Below are positions 1-12,910 of a stretch of DNA of 64,000 nucleotides, in pieces. The DNA is from Antedon mediterranea (Eukaryota; Animalia; Echinodermata): the NCBI RefSeq assembly GCF_964355755.1, contig NC_092672.1, positions 18,799,237 to 18,863,236 of the forward strand. Direction: 5' to 3'. How positions within the stretch are numbered: the first letter of the stretch is position 1; every line of letters begins with the position of its first letter. The notes below the pieces were generated by a model. That model was not told the DNA's origin. It was given only the letters and a program-made list of their open reading frames with translations, and did no database searches. A program made the translations under genes and the position numbers.

Positions 1-1400
1 TAGCTTCCTTGGCATCTCGTCATATATCATTCACTCACCTTTTCCTTGCAGTCTTCTTCAGTTCTCTGTCCTTATGTAACCAGCTGCCTAGATACGTAAC
101 CTACTTTAGTTGATATCTATATCTATGCCTGAAGACTCACAGATTGCTGGCATATTACACCTTTTTCTTAGCCTTGCTCATCCTTCCTATCAGTTATTGG
201 GTTTCTAACTACCGTTTTTGTTTATTCAGATTAAATTGGCAGGAAGGCCCCAAAATATGTTGTGAAAATGTGAACAAGGGTAACTTAAAAAATTAAATAC
301 AGTAGATGCCTATTTCTTTTCAAGGGAACATATGGTATTCCTTGTTAATCTGTGTCCGATGTGCACTAAACCAGTATTAGCTAGTGATATTGTTGTACCT
401 GATTGGTAATGGTAAATGATTCCACCTTTTTTGTTTTACCATCTGCAAGCAAGCATTCTTGTGACAAAGGGATATCATGTAATACTACAATATTTGTGGC
501 AGTCTTTCACTAGTATAATTGTAGTCTTTTTTCATTTTTTTATAGCCATCTAATGGAGATCTTCTTTCCCAGGCATTTCTATTTCCTTCCCAAGTAACAG
601 GGGCGGATCTAGGATTTTGATAAATAGGGTGGGGGGGCCGATATGGGAAAATAATCGTTTTTCTAGATGCCCGGAGATACAGTAGCATCTGAGGTGTTTT
701 TGCCAGTCGATTCTTGTCATATAATTATCTGAATGTAGTGGGTTTTATAGACCATAGCCTATTTACACATTTTTTACGCGATCGTTAATGGTTTCTTGGT
801 TCTTTCGAGCGTTGCTGAGACAGATAGATGTGAAGTTTTTGCGAAGCCAAGGGCGGTCATGTGCGGCGGGGCCCGCGTAAAAATTGGAAAAGTTATGGGT
901 TTTGATGCTTCAACTTCAATTTATGAAGCATTTGATCCGTCAGTCTTTTAACGATCGTAATGTTGAAGTTGAACTCAGATTTAAACGATTTTTAATGTTG
1001 ATTTGTACACCCTTTTCCTGTAAAAGCGTTGACAAAATCGTATGTAAATGGATACATAATATATATGTATATATATAAATCCGCCCCCCCTGAGTAATGA
1101 TATTGCTTATCAATTCCTTTCCATCTTTCCTTCAATGGAATTCAACACCTTATGCCCTCCTCTTCTCTTCCAATTCTGTATTTCTAGCCTTCATTCTTTG
1201 TACCTCCTGTAGGAAACCTTGGTTCTCCGACATAAATCTGTCCCCTCACCCATTCATTAGTTTTTCCCTCTGTCCATCTAACTCTTAGAATCGTCCAACA
1301 CAGTCTCATCTCAAATAAGACATATTAATTTGGCAGCTGTAACTGGAGGTTTTATGACATATCCGATACAGCTACTGTATAAAAACCCATCACATGTTTG
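1..1400 (-). mobile_element. Very degraded non-LTR retrotransposon-like remnant
   Basis: Minus strand reads ..VTYLGSWL.. near 75-105, resembling the RT 'YLG' motif, amid stop-riddled coding-like sequence. No intact ORF; boundaries uncertain. Confidence 0.3.
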
Positions 1401-1409
1401 AGAGGATGG

Positions 1410-3000
1410 TGGGGATATTTCTGCTTGGGCTAGTGGTTGTAAGCTATCAAATTGACCAGAATTGTAAACGACATTATTAAAGTATTTTAGTTATCTCTGG
1501 GAAGGGGATGGGAGGTTGGGGTGGGGCTGTAGGTTTAGGCAATATGACACCTATTCATTTGCATAGTTTGCAAAGTACTTAAACTATGCCTTAAACAGCT
1601 ATGCATCACCCTCTTATTAAGACGAAGAAGAATTAAAATGTTTGGTATCAAATGACCACAATTGTACCTGGAAAGTTCTAAACTATATTTCAACATCATC
1701 CGCCATCTTGGATTCAAGTGGGAGAGGGGGTGGGGAAATAGGGTCAGGTGTGGGGTAGAGGGGATAGTGAGGATTTTGCTTAGGTTAGGGATAGTAGGCT
1801 ATCAAACAAATTGACCAGAATTGTGGTTGAATAATGTTAAAGTATTTTAATTATCGCTGGGAAGGGGCTGGGAGTTTGGGGTGGAGATGTAGCCTATTTC
1901 CGATGACCGAAACTGTACTGGAAATGTTTTAAACTACATTTGAAAACTGCCACTGAGGGATTATGGGTTGGGAGTGATGGCTAACATAATTTGTACTGGA
2001 ACCATTTTAAACACATCACCCAGTATCTGGGGTGTGTTGTGATGGAGGAGGAAATTAAGTAGTATGATTGGAATTGTACTAGGAAAATTTACTACATTTG
2101 GACTGTCCAGCAGAGGAGTTAAGGTTTGTTGATTCTGGCTGGGATGGTAAGAGGAGAAAGACTGGGGGACCGCAGTATAAAAATTAGATATCAGCCAATA
2201 TGGCACCTATTCATTTACACAGTTAACAACGTACTATATGCCTATCATAGCTATGTATACCCCTCTCATTTTGAAGCTAAAGTTGAATTGAATTTGTCCT
2301 GCACTGGGAAGAATTTGTTTTTAAAAAAGAGAGTGTGTGGTTTTATTGAAGAGGGGTGGAGTTTGGTGAGTATAGGGAGATTTCTGCTTGGGCTTGGGGT
2401 AGTAGGCTATCAAACTGACCAGAATTGTTTTAGGAAATTTTAAAAGAATTTAATTATCTCTGGGAAGGGACTTGGTGTGAGGTCGTAGGCCTTTCAACAC
2501 GACCGAAACTGTACTGGGAATGTACTGTAAAAGCTACATTCGAAAACTGCCACTGAGGGCTTATGGGTTGGGAGTAATAACCTAACACAATTTGTACTGG
2601 AAAAGTCTTAAACACATCACCCAGTATGGGGTGTGTTGGGAGGGGGAAAGGTGGAGATACTGGCATTTAGGGGTAATGTAGTACGACATAATTGGAATTG
2701 TACTTGGAAAAGTTACTACATTTGAACTGTCCTACGGAGGAGTTAAGGTTTGTTGATTGAGGTGGGATGGAGAGTGGAAAAAGAAGGCTATTGAAGAGGT
2801 AATTCAGCGGTATCAAAATTAGATATTTTAATCATTACCCAATATGACACCTATTCATTTATACAGTTTGCAAAGTATTTAAACCATGCCTACCAGCTAT
2901 GTATCGCCCTCCTATTAGGAAGCTAAAGTTCTTGAAGTAATATTTGTACTGATCACCCGAGTGTTGGGTGTGATTGAGTTGGTGAGTATAGGGAGATACT
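1410..3000. repeat. Degenerate tandem repeat, unit ~620-650 bp, about 2.5 copies
   Basis: Block CAATATGRCACCTATTCATTT.. recurs at ~1540, ~2197 and ~2840. Block GCTATCAAA..TGACCAGAATTGT..ATCTCTGGGAAGGG recurs at ~1443, ~1798 and ~2406. Confidence 0.8.
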
Positions 3001-3039
3001 TGCATCCAGGGGGTTATGAGGTGCATCTAATTAATTGGA

Positions 3040-3962
3040 ATTTCATTGAGATGGTTTTATACTAAATTGGAATCCCGCCCTGGGGCGGGTATAATTGCTA
3101 GTAGTTAATATATGCAAGCGATCGTGGTATTTCAATAAGAATGTTCTTCTATGCCTGCATGTGCTCAATAATTTGTTTAAGAGAGCAAATATCAGGCTTA
3201 TATATAATGAAATATTTTTTTTTGAATAAGGCTTACATTTGGCTAATACCCGCCATATACTATTTGTTATACTTTTCATTACGGAATGAGCTTATATGCC
3301 CCTTGTATCTACACTTAAAAGTATTTTCTGTCAGTCCAACATATGTTTCAACTTTGTTAAGTGTCGTTTCTTCTGACAGTGGCCTGGTATACTACACCAC
3401 TTTTTAAGCATTTCCCATCTATATGCCTCTACAGTTCATGGCCGATTCTAGTTTTAAACCATATAATGTTCCGGTGTCTGTTTCTCTTCTTGTTTTCTCG
3501 CGTGTTGTTAGTGTTTGGGCTAGATGTTAGTTTGTAGTCGAATCAGCTTTTATTTAAGGCTTCCTGGTAAGGTTTCTTTGTGATGTTAAAGACCTCTTCG
3601 TTAGATGTTTTTTAATATGGAAGGCAGATGGTTACTCTTACAGTGGGCATAACAGGGTTTGTTATTTTCTTTCAGGAAAGGTCTGTAGGTTCCGTCATTC
3701 AAGTTGAGTGTAACATCTAGATAGTTACTTATCTTCTTGTTTGCCTCGATGGTGATTTTCAAATTGTATTCTTTGAATGTGTTACAAGTCCATCATCTCT
3801 GTAGAGTCCTATGTTATTACCATATTTCGTCTCAAGTTTGGCTAGTATGAATAAACCAATTAATTTGCATGTTTCTGCTCCATCAAAGTAACCCATAGTA
3901 ACATCAAACACGGTCTGGGTGTTTCTTTTGCACCAAACTGACTCATCGTTAATTAATAGCAT
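3040..3962 (-). mobile_element. Penelope-like element remnant (RT + GIY-YIG endonuclease), 5' truncated
   Basis: ORF 3759-3962 has [26 protein letters not shown] (PLE RT). YVGLTENTFKCRY near 3300-3345 is GIY-YIG-like. The C-terminal CRHRRTFLL motif is typical of these elements. Confidence 0.85.
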
Positions 3963-5227
3963 TTCTCTGCTTTAAAGGAGAACCAATAAATAAATAAAAT
4001 ATACAATAAAATAACTTATAAATTATTGTTTTCTCATTTAGATCTTTCAAAAAGCTGAGCGTTTGGTGTGGACAAAAATATGTATACAGATGGCTATCCA
4101 GCAGTAACCTGTAGCAACGTCAACATAGCAAGCCCGTAGACTAATTCCTCGCGTATTTAGGCGAGATTTAGAGAAAATAGAAAAGATATATATATTTATA
4201 TACATAAAACAGCAATGTGAAAAATAATATTAATTACATTTATGGCGATATAAATGGCGAATGTAAAAAAAACAGTATGTTAAGGCAAAATAAAAAACAT
4301 ATATGTTGACAAAACAAATTTTAATTCACGACTAATATATGACCTTAATGTTTTATTTGATTGGTGCTTAATCCTAAAAAGCCATGCATTGCAGGTCTGC
4401 TTTGCAAAAAAACACACCATAAATACAATTTTGCTTTGATGATAAACCAATTACTATTGTTTAGACTGTATTTTTTGGTGTTACCCTTCAGAATAATCTC
4501 AGTCATAACATTGTAGAAAACTGTTTATATTGCGAACCCTTAAACAATCTGGGCTTCACAAAACAACCGTCCACAAAGGATATATAAGAAGATGCAGATG
4601 TTGTGTGGCACCCAGGTCTAAGTAATACTATTGAAACTATACAGAAATGGGTATGTTGTATTATCCTTGGAATTTAAACTAGTCCTAGAAATTCATTCTG
4701 CTCTTAAAGGGTTTGATAACTAAGCCTCATTCTTCTGACCTCGTACCTCCCGCTCGTTACCAAACACATAATAGACAAAACCTAATTGTAATAAAATCAC
4801 TCAATTTATACAAAACCTGATTCTTTAATAGCCCAATTCCATATTATATTCAATTACTTAATGACTCATGAATTATATATTGTATACCTGTAGTGACTAC
4901 ACAGAGCAGCCACTCTTCTGATTGGTGTTGTTGTTGGCCATCTTCCAAGGATGATGCCATACGCCTCTAAGTTTACTGTTTTATGTATTTCTCCTTGATT
5001 CATTGATATTTAAATTGTAATTTTTATATTGTAATTTTTTTAATAGTAAATATTCTTATTACATTACAAGCAATTTGGCCCTTTGAGCCACCATGTGTTG
5101 TATTGTTTTATGAAATAAAGTAACAGATACATATGTATAACAACATTGTCATTTTTATATTATTTTGAAAAATGTGTTTTGTTTAGAAAATGTAATGATA
5201 TAATGCGGTATATAGCTTGCTGTTGTT

Positions 5228-5665
5228 TTAGCTATTCCAAATCCACTGTAAAAATAATTACATTTAATGCAAAGACGAATGTGAAAAACAGTGCATTATG
5301 GCGAAATAATGAAATTATATTTGAAAATTATTTGCTAACAAATTTTATAAAAATATTAATTCACGACTGCTTTAATCTCATTCTTCCCTGATAGTGTAGT
5401 TAAAATTACTATCACACATGTTCTAGCTATTCCAAATCCACTATAAAAATAATACCATTTATAATGCTATGTAAATGGCGAATGTAAAAAAACAGACGTA
5501 GGCGAAATAGAAAAATTATAATTATTTGCTAACAAATCTTAAAAATATTAATTCACGACTGCTTTAATCTCATTCTTCCCTGATAGTGATAGTGTAGTTA
5601 AAACTACTATGACACATGTTCTAGCTAATCCAATTCTACTTTAGCCTAAAAATAATAGTACCATT
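5228..5665. repeat. ~190-bp tandem repeat family (related copies at ~4215-4340 and ~9965-10350)
   Basis: CTATTCCAAATCCACTRTAAAAAT..GGCGAA..TTAATTCACGACTGCTTTAATCTCATTCTTCCCTGATAGTG is repeated twice here and again at 9965-10350. Confidence 0.75.
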
Positions 5666-5761
5666 TATCATATCAATTTTATCGTTTTACATTTATTTTA
5701 GTGCAATTAAATTTTAATTCAGTGCAAACTGCAGTGCGCAATTTCACTGCAGACTTCGTAC

Positions 5762-7833
5762 GGGTAGTAACAAAGTGCGAGGCAGCGAGGCACGCGAGGC
5801 AGGGAAGGCATGTGAGGCAAGTCAGAAATTTATGCGAGGCATCGTTTTACCATCATCAAAAAATGCGAGGCATCATTTTATCATTTCTCAAAATTGCAAG
5901 GCAGGAAATCACCGAAATTGAAGTAGTTTCTAGGCCTAGGCCCGCTAAGCTAGTTTCCTTTTGCACCTGCCTTGTATTTTAACCAACTTTATCCTGAATA
6001 CCACAGCTTAGAATTAGTAGGCCTACTTTATTGAAGAAAAATCACATAAAAGTAACAATAAATCCATTAAATTGGTGATTTTACAGACGTTGTTTTTCTC
6101 GCATTTCGCACACTCAATGTTCAATATTTTGGTTTCTATGGAACGCCAAAAGAGCAAAATTAATTAGAGGGCTAAAAACTCTGTGGAATCCATTTATATT
6201 TAACGCATTATTTGGTGAAAATCAAGTACAATTTCAATAGATTTTGTCACTGTCAGTAAGGAAAAATGTTACTGTTGATAATGTACACGGTTTCGTTAAC
6301 CTTTTAAAGAATAAAATAGAAAAATTCATCATAATATCCTTAGTAGGATGTCCTAGGTCTAGACTAGGTAGTGATGTTGATTTAGGATCGATTATTATTC
6401 TTTGAAAACAGAACAGTATCAGCAGTAACATATTACAACATTTTTATTGACAAATTAACAAATATATTGAAATAAAACGTGTTTTTCACCAATAAATGCA
6501 TGAGAAATTGACGCATTCCACTGAGTTTTAGTCCTCTATTATCGTTGCTCTTTTGGCGCTCCATAGAAACAAAAATATTGAACATTGAATAAGTGAAATT
6601 CGCGAACAGTGTGCGAGAAACACGCCTGTAAAATCATTAATTTAAGGATTTATTTGTTACTTTTTATGTGATTCTTTCATTAAAGTACCCATGAGGTATA
6701 CTTCTAAGGTGTGGTATTCACACGATAAAGTTAGTTATCAAATTTGGAGTAAAAATACAAACGATCGGAAACTAGCGCCAGGTTTATTAGTACGTACATG
6801 GACAACAATAAATAAAAATCGTTCGTAATATACCTAGCTTACTAAAACAGGAATAGTGTATCATTATTAAATATTACACCAATTATTATTTTATCAAAAT
6901 TGATTAAATTATTTTCTACATAGGCCTCTTATCTAGGTTAGGGCTAAGCATATTAGCTAAAGTTTAATTTTAGGCCTAGTATTACAATTGTCGGACGTAA
7001 GTCTTTTTTCACACGCGCTCCAGAATTCTGTCGCAATTTTTTTCTTTGCGGCATGTTATTGGATCGGCATATCAGTTACCTTTTATTCACCGCCAGTTAT
7101 TGAACTTGTCCTGGCAATCGCTGTTCACCTTATTTGCGAGAGAGGTACACGTGTTGTTCCTAGAGAATGGAATGTCAAAAATGTCTTTGGCACGCCGCTC
7201 AGAGAGAAGTCTGTGCGTTGCTGCTGAAACCACGTGCTATAGGAGGGGAATGCACCACAATCCTCTGAGCTGAGGGCTGAATCATTCCGCTACCTGCTAA
7301 ATAGTAAAGAGGGATTTTCCATCTCTCGGGTCTACCGGATCTAGGCGCAGGAGTGTGACAAAATATTATTTTCACTCTGCTATGTTCGAGAGACATGTGA
7401 GGTCGAGTGAACACGCTCGAAATGCCAACAAACATTGCAGTCATTTGATGAGTGTGTCGCTATAACAATTATTGTTTGTCGAAAGTTGAAGACTGTCGTT
7501 CAGATGTTTGAACCGTAGTTTGGGCACTTTTGTAAAAGTAAAATTTGACACGATAGGCCTATGACTTGAATGAAAAAACAATCGTTACATAAATATAAAC
7601 AACATGATGAGTGTATACACGAATCTATTTAGATACGCTTGTATCGATTGATTATTAGGCCTATAATATAGCATAATAGCACGTTAAGATATGCCTCGCA
7701 CCTTTTTGAAATTGTAAACTATATGCCTCGCATGCCTCGCACTTTTGGAAATGATAAAATGATGCCTCGCACAAATATTTGGCATGCCGCGCATGCCTCG
7801 CTTGCCTCGCTGCCTCGCACTTTGTCAACACTC
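5762..7833. mobile_element. Non-autonomous Mutator-like (MULE) DNA transposon
   Basis: Perfect 9-bp TSD ACTTCGTAC (5753-5761 and 7834-7842). TIRs GGGTAGTAACAAAGTGCGAGGCAGCGAGGCA / GAGTGTTGACAAAGTGCGAGGCAGCGAGGCA, with arrays of subterminal GCGAGGCA motifs. Confidence 0.85.
5948..6776. repeat. Internal foldback: ~280-bp imperfect inverted arms
   Basis: 5948-6225 (..CAATGTTCAATATTTTGGTTTCTATGGAACGCCAAAAGAGCAA..) is the approximate reverse complement of 6480-6776 (..TTGCTCTTTTGGCGCTCCATAGAAACAAAAATATTGAACATTG..). Confidence 0.8.
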
Positions 7834-8077
7834 ACTTCGTACGCGAGCTGCAGCTGTTTACCACTTGATTTGGACGCTTCTATTATTGATAAGGTAGTCA
7901 CATTATAGCGGTGTCATGAAAACGGTATCAGATAATTAAAACACAAGTTTAATAGTACAGTAAAGCAATTTTATTAATCCATATACTGTGCAGATGGTAC
8001 ATGTGTGATAACCGTTGTTACATAGTAACCCTATGTCCACTAATTGTGTTACGATTACAATCTGACATAATGTATAA

Positions 8078-9205
8078 TACCCCTTTTACACTATCACTGT
8101 AACAGCGGTGTAACCCCGCAGTTGTTAGTACACCGGGTCGTTAAACGCCGGTGTTGTGGTTTTTATTGACGACTGGTGTAAATGGGAAAATCCAACCACC
8201 CCGGTGTGGTCTCCCCGGGGTGAAACGAAGCTGAATGTTTTCCGGTGTACCCTCTCCGGTGTAGTCGAATCTACACCGGGGACAAGAAGTGTAAACGGTT
8301 TTTGTGGTTCAACACCGAGCTGTTAAAGGTCATTGACGTGAAAATGTAACATTTTGTCACAGACAATATATTATGCGAACAAAATAGGTTTTTTGCTTAA
8401 AATACACCCTTTTTGCTTAAAATAATAATTGTACGATATATTGTGCTGTTCGTTATTTTATTATTTATTTATTTATATTTAAAGGCAAAAACAAATTTGT
8501 GATTTTTTTTTTCTGCTGAAAATATTGAAATGTTTCGTGTGCATTCTACCTTACCAGAAAGCCTAAAATAATGTAATATTGGTGTAACTCCACCCTGGCC
8601 GATTCTATATGTAGGCCTAATTATTGAAAAAGGGAAAAATATATATAATACTGACGTCTTTAGGAACTGAAAAAGTAGGCCTACCATATAATAATTTTCC
8701 TTCATAGATACATTGTTATGCTAATTAACAAATATATTTTTTATTTTAAATACTTACCATACCTACCCTATTTTTACGACGCCAACCTAACAATTTAAGG
8801 CCTATTTGTACGTAGAGTCTACAAGGCGGAAATGCAGTCATTTTAAAAATAAAAATAATTGTTAGGCCCTAATTTTTAAATAACAAATGATAATCTTAAT
8901 AGCCACAAAGAAAATATAACACTGGACTACATTCAAAATTAAATAAATTGTGTGTAAATTCGGATTATTATGTTTTTATATGAGATTTATCGATATGTTC
9001 CAGTATTTTAACATTTAAACCATTAGTCAGTTAAGTTCCACGTGTGCGCTTGCAATAGTGATTTGATTGACAGCACCGGGGTGATCGATGTAGTGTAAAT
9101 GGGCGCAACTCGAGTTCATCTCGCAGTTTTTTTGGCTAGTGTAAATGGAAATTGCCTCCGAGTTTAACTCGTGTTCCTCTCTCAGTCGATAGTGTAAAAA
9201 GGGTA
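8078..9205. mobile_element. PIF/Harbinger-like non-autonomous element
   Basis: TIRs TACCCCTTTTACACTATC / GATAGTGTAAAAAGGGTA with TAA on both sides (8075-8077, 9206-9208). Subterminal CACCGG/GTGTAAA repeats. Confidence 0.75.
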
Positions 9206-12200
9206 TAAGTAGTTACCAGGCGCGGTGCGCGTACACCTAATCACGCAGCGAAACCGTGCGGATCTGTCACGCTATTCAAATTTACATGGACACCCATTTG
9301 TTTTTGCATTGAAATATCATGTTTTGTTTAATAAAATAAAACAAAATTAGACTTTTCAGTTTCCTCAATATTTTGACTTTAAAATGATATGTGATTTTAA
9401 TTGTATCTTAAGATGTGATATTTGTATAGCCAATTTACAATCTGGTTGAAGACCTGCTAGTCCCTCGATGGATACGCAATTATAATTTCCCTATCCTTTC
9501 TCTACAGGCTTCTAAAATCCTGTTCATTAAATCATGTATACAAAAAAAAGGCTTTTCCGACGTCATTTCTCAACCAATAGAAATAAGTTTTATATCATTT
9601 TCATGAATATTTATTTAAAAATCTAATTCCGCTTGAACAAGTGAAATCCTAACAGTAGTTTTCAAACTACAATGGTTGGAAGTACATGGACCCTATACGA
9701 AGTATGGGTGGCTACACTGTAAAAGGTAGCAAAATTGTGATTAAAAACTAGATTTTCCGACGAGATAACACATATTTAAGGGATTTGATTTATGAAATAG
9801 GCCTAATATGAAGCTTTTATTTCTACACATTTTACCGTTTGAACCAGATAATTCCGACGATTAATAATGGAGAAAATTTTAATAAAATAATGATGATTTT
9901 TGCACAATTTGGCCACGTTTCAAGGTGTACGACAGCGCGCGAGTGTCGCTTTTATTTACGGAATATAAATGCGATGTAAATGGCGATTGTAAACAAAACA
10001 GACGAAAGGCTTTACGAAAACGAAAACTGCTTTAATCTCACTCTTCTCTGATATTTTAGTATACTATCACACATGTTCTAGCTAATCCACTATAAAAAGA
10101 ATAATACTAGAATAGAATAATAGACCCTATAGTTTATTTTATTTTATTTATATAGTGTGTAGTCAAAACTACTACCCCACATTTTGTATCTATTCCAAAT
10201 CTACTATAAAAATAATAATAATACCATTTATAATGCGATGTAAATGGCGAATGTAAAAAAACAGACGTTAAGGCGAAATTCCAAAATGACAAATTTGTTT
10301 GATGGAATTTCATTAATGCTTAAATCTCACTGTCCCCTGATATATTGTAGTTAGTTTACAGTAGCATCTTATTGTTTTTTAGAATACCACTTTTTCTATT
10401 CTTAATTTCTCACATTTTTAAATACCATTAATTTTAATTAATTGAATTTTATTTAGCCCAATTCATATATAATCTAATTAAAGTTACAAAAATCACCCTC
10501 ACCGTGGCATAACCTCGTAGGTTCAGAATATATTGTAAAGCTCATTTATTGATGTTTATTCGTTTAAAATCTGGGATTTACCGAGAAAATTAGACATAAA
10601 TTCCTTACCGGGAATGCGACGAATAGTTAATGATTAAAAGATGGCATAAAATAGTGTCCCGTGTTCAATTTGTGATGAAAGCTGGCAACTTGTCTAAATT
10701 TCTTTAGTTTAATTTCCTACCCTTGGTTGCCATTCTGTTAATCTGTATGTCCATCTTGAAATCTTGCCACATGCCCAGCCCATCTCCATTTTGACTGTCT
10801 TACTTTCTCCATTATATCTGTAACACCTGTCTTTTTTTCTGATGATTGTATGATTTACCCTGTCTCGAAGCGAAAAGTTCATCATCTTTCTTTCCATTGC
10901 TCTTTGAGTAGTTGTAAGTTTCTGTTCATGTCTCTGAACCATAAGTCATAGTTGATAGCACACATTGGTTAAATAATTTCTTTCTCAGTGACATTGGTAT
11001 ACTTGTCAGTCAGCATGTGTTTTTGTCTGCCAAAATTCATCCACCCTGCTTTTATTCTTAACAGAACTTCATCCCTCGTGGTGTCTTTCATTTTCAGTGT
11101 TTGTCCTAGATATTTATATTCTTTCACTTTTTATAGTTTCCGGCCCTCTATTTCAATGTCTTCCTGTGTGTCAAAGTTAGTCATGTATTTTGTTTTGTCT
11201 TTGTGCATAGTTAGTCCGACTGATTTACTCTCCTTATTCAGACTTGAGAGCTAGTTTTTCATATCTGTAACTGATGTTGAAATCAATGCCACGTCATCAG
11301 CAAAACGGAGGCCTGTAAGCATTTCTCCATCAATAGTTATTCCTCCATTAAGCTGAGCCTTTTTGAATACTTCTTCGATGGTTTCTGTGAATATCTTTGG
11401 GGACAGAGTATCACCTTGTCGTACCCCTCTCTGTATATGAACCTCTCTTGATATATCATTATCAATATGGATTCTGGCTATTGCATCAATGTATATATTT
11501 TTCGGAGCGCCTCAAACATATTCAAGTGTTCAATAGAATCAAATGCCTTTTGTTAATCCACAAAGCCAAGACAGAGTTTGAGTTGGTATACACTTGCCTT
11601 TTCAATTAGCTGGTTTATTGCTTGTAGATGATCTATTGTCGAGTACCCTGCTCTGAAACCTGCTTGATCTCTAGATTGGTTGTTGTTATGGATTATTTTA
11701 GTGAAGATTTTGTACAGATGAGACAAGAGGCTAATGGGACGGTAGTTTTTAACATCTGCTTTGTCCCCTTTCTTGAACAAAAAAATGATCTTGGCTTCTT
11801 TCCATGCTCTTGGTATCTTCTGTAGCACTAAGATTTGGTTGCAAAGTGTTATTAGCTGTTGGATTATCTCCTCCCCTCCTTGCTTGATGATGTCGCTTGT
11901 ACGTTCATAGTTTCCCGGTGCTTTATTAACCTTCATGCCCTTTAATGCTTCCTCCACTTCTTTTTCCAGTATCGGTGGTATATCTGTATTTCTTGATGGA
12001 ATGTTTATATGTTCAGACTGTTGGTTGATGATTTTTAGAGATCTTGGTAGAAATCTGCACAAATATCTAGCAGTTCAGATCTCTTTGAAGTTGCAGTTCC
12101 ATCTTTTTTCTTTAGTTTACTCATTCTGGATTTTTTGCATTGCTTTTTTTGTATTGTCTTTGGCCCCCTTCATCTTTCCAGTGATACTAAGATGAGTTTA

Positions 12201-12910
12201 GCAGTTCTCCGCCTCTTTCTCTGTCTGCGCTTCTTCTTCACTGTTTTCACTACTTCAGCATATTCCACCTTTTCATATACAGACATTGTTTCTTTTAATC
12301 TAAGTTCTTTCCTTCTTTGATCTAATTCCTCTATTTCTTTATCCTCCTCCGATCTTTGGATCTTTATTTTTTCTGCTGGAGCTACAGCTCTGGCTTCTTC
12401 TAACATAATGGTTGTCACCATATTACATTGCTCATCAATATCCAACTCTTCCAACTCCAAACCGGCAAAGCGGTTGTTTATTTTCAGTTGAAATTCCTCT
12501 CTATAAACTTCATGATGTTAATTCTTCTCTTCTTTTTATTTACTACTATAGTCTTTCGTTGATTTTGATTTTGAGAGTTGCCCTGACCATTCTATGGTCA
12601 TTTTCAATATCTACACAGGTTATTACTTCACAATTCTGAATTATTCCCCGCTGGTTGCTTAGTATGTAGTCAATCTGGTTTTTGTGTTTTCTGTTGGGAC
12701 TCTCCCAAGTCCAGTACCTAGTCTTGTGTTTTTCGAAATAAGTATTTGCCACATTTAGGTTGTTTTCCATTGCAAATTCTACCATTCTAACTCTTCTCTT
12801 GTTCCTTTCTCCTAATCCAATGTTCCCATTATGTTTTCTTCCCCTTCTTCTCTTTGTCCAATTTTAGCGTTGAAGTCACCCATTAGTATTGTATATGTAC
12901 TTGGAAAATC

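Noticed and set aside
5762-5905. Short regularly spaced GCGAGGCA repeats as a CRISPR-like array
   Set aside because: These are transposon subterminal repeats mirrored at 7690-7833 in eukaryotic DNA; no cas genes.
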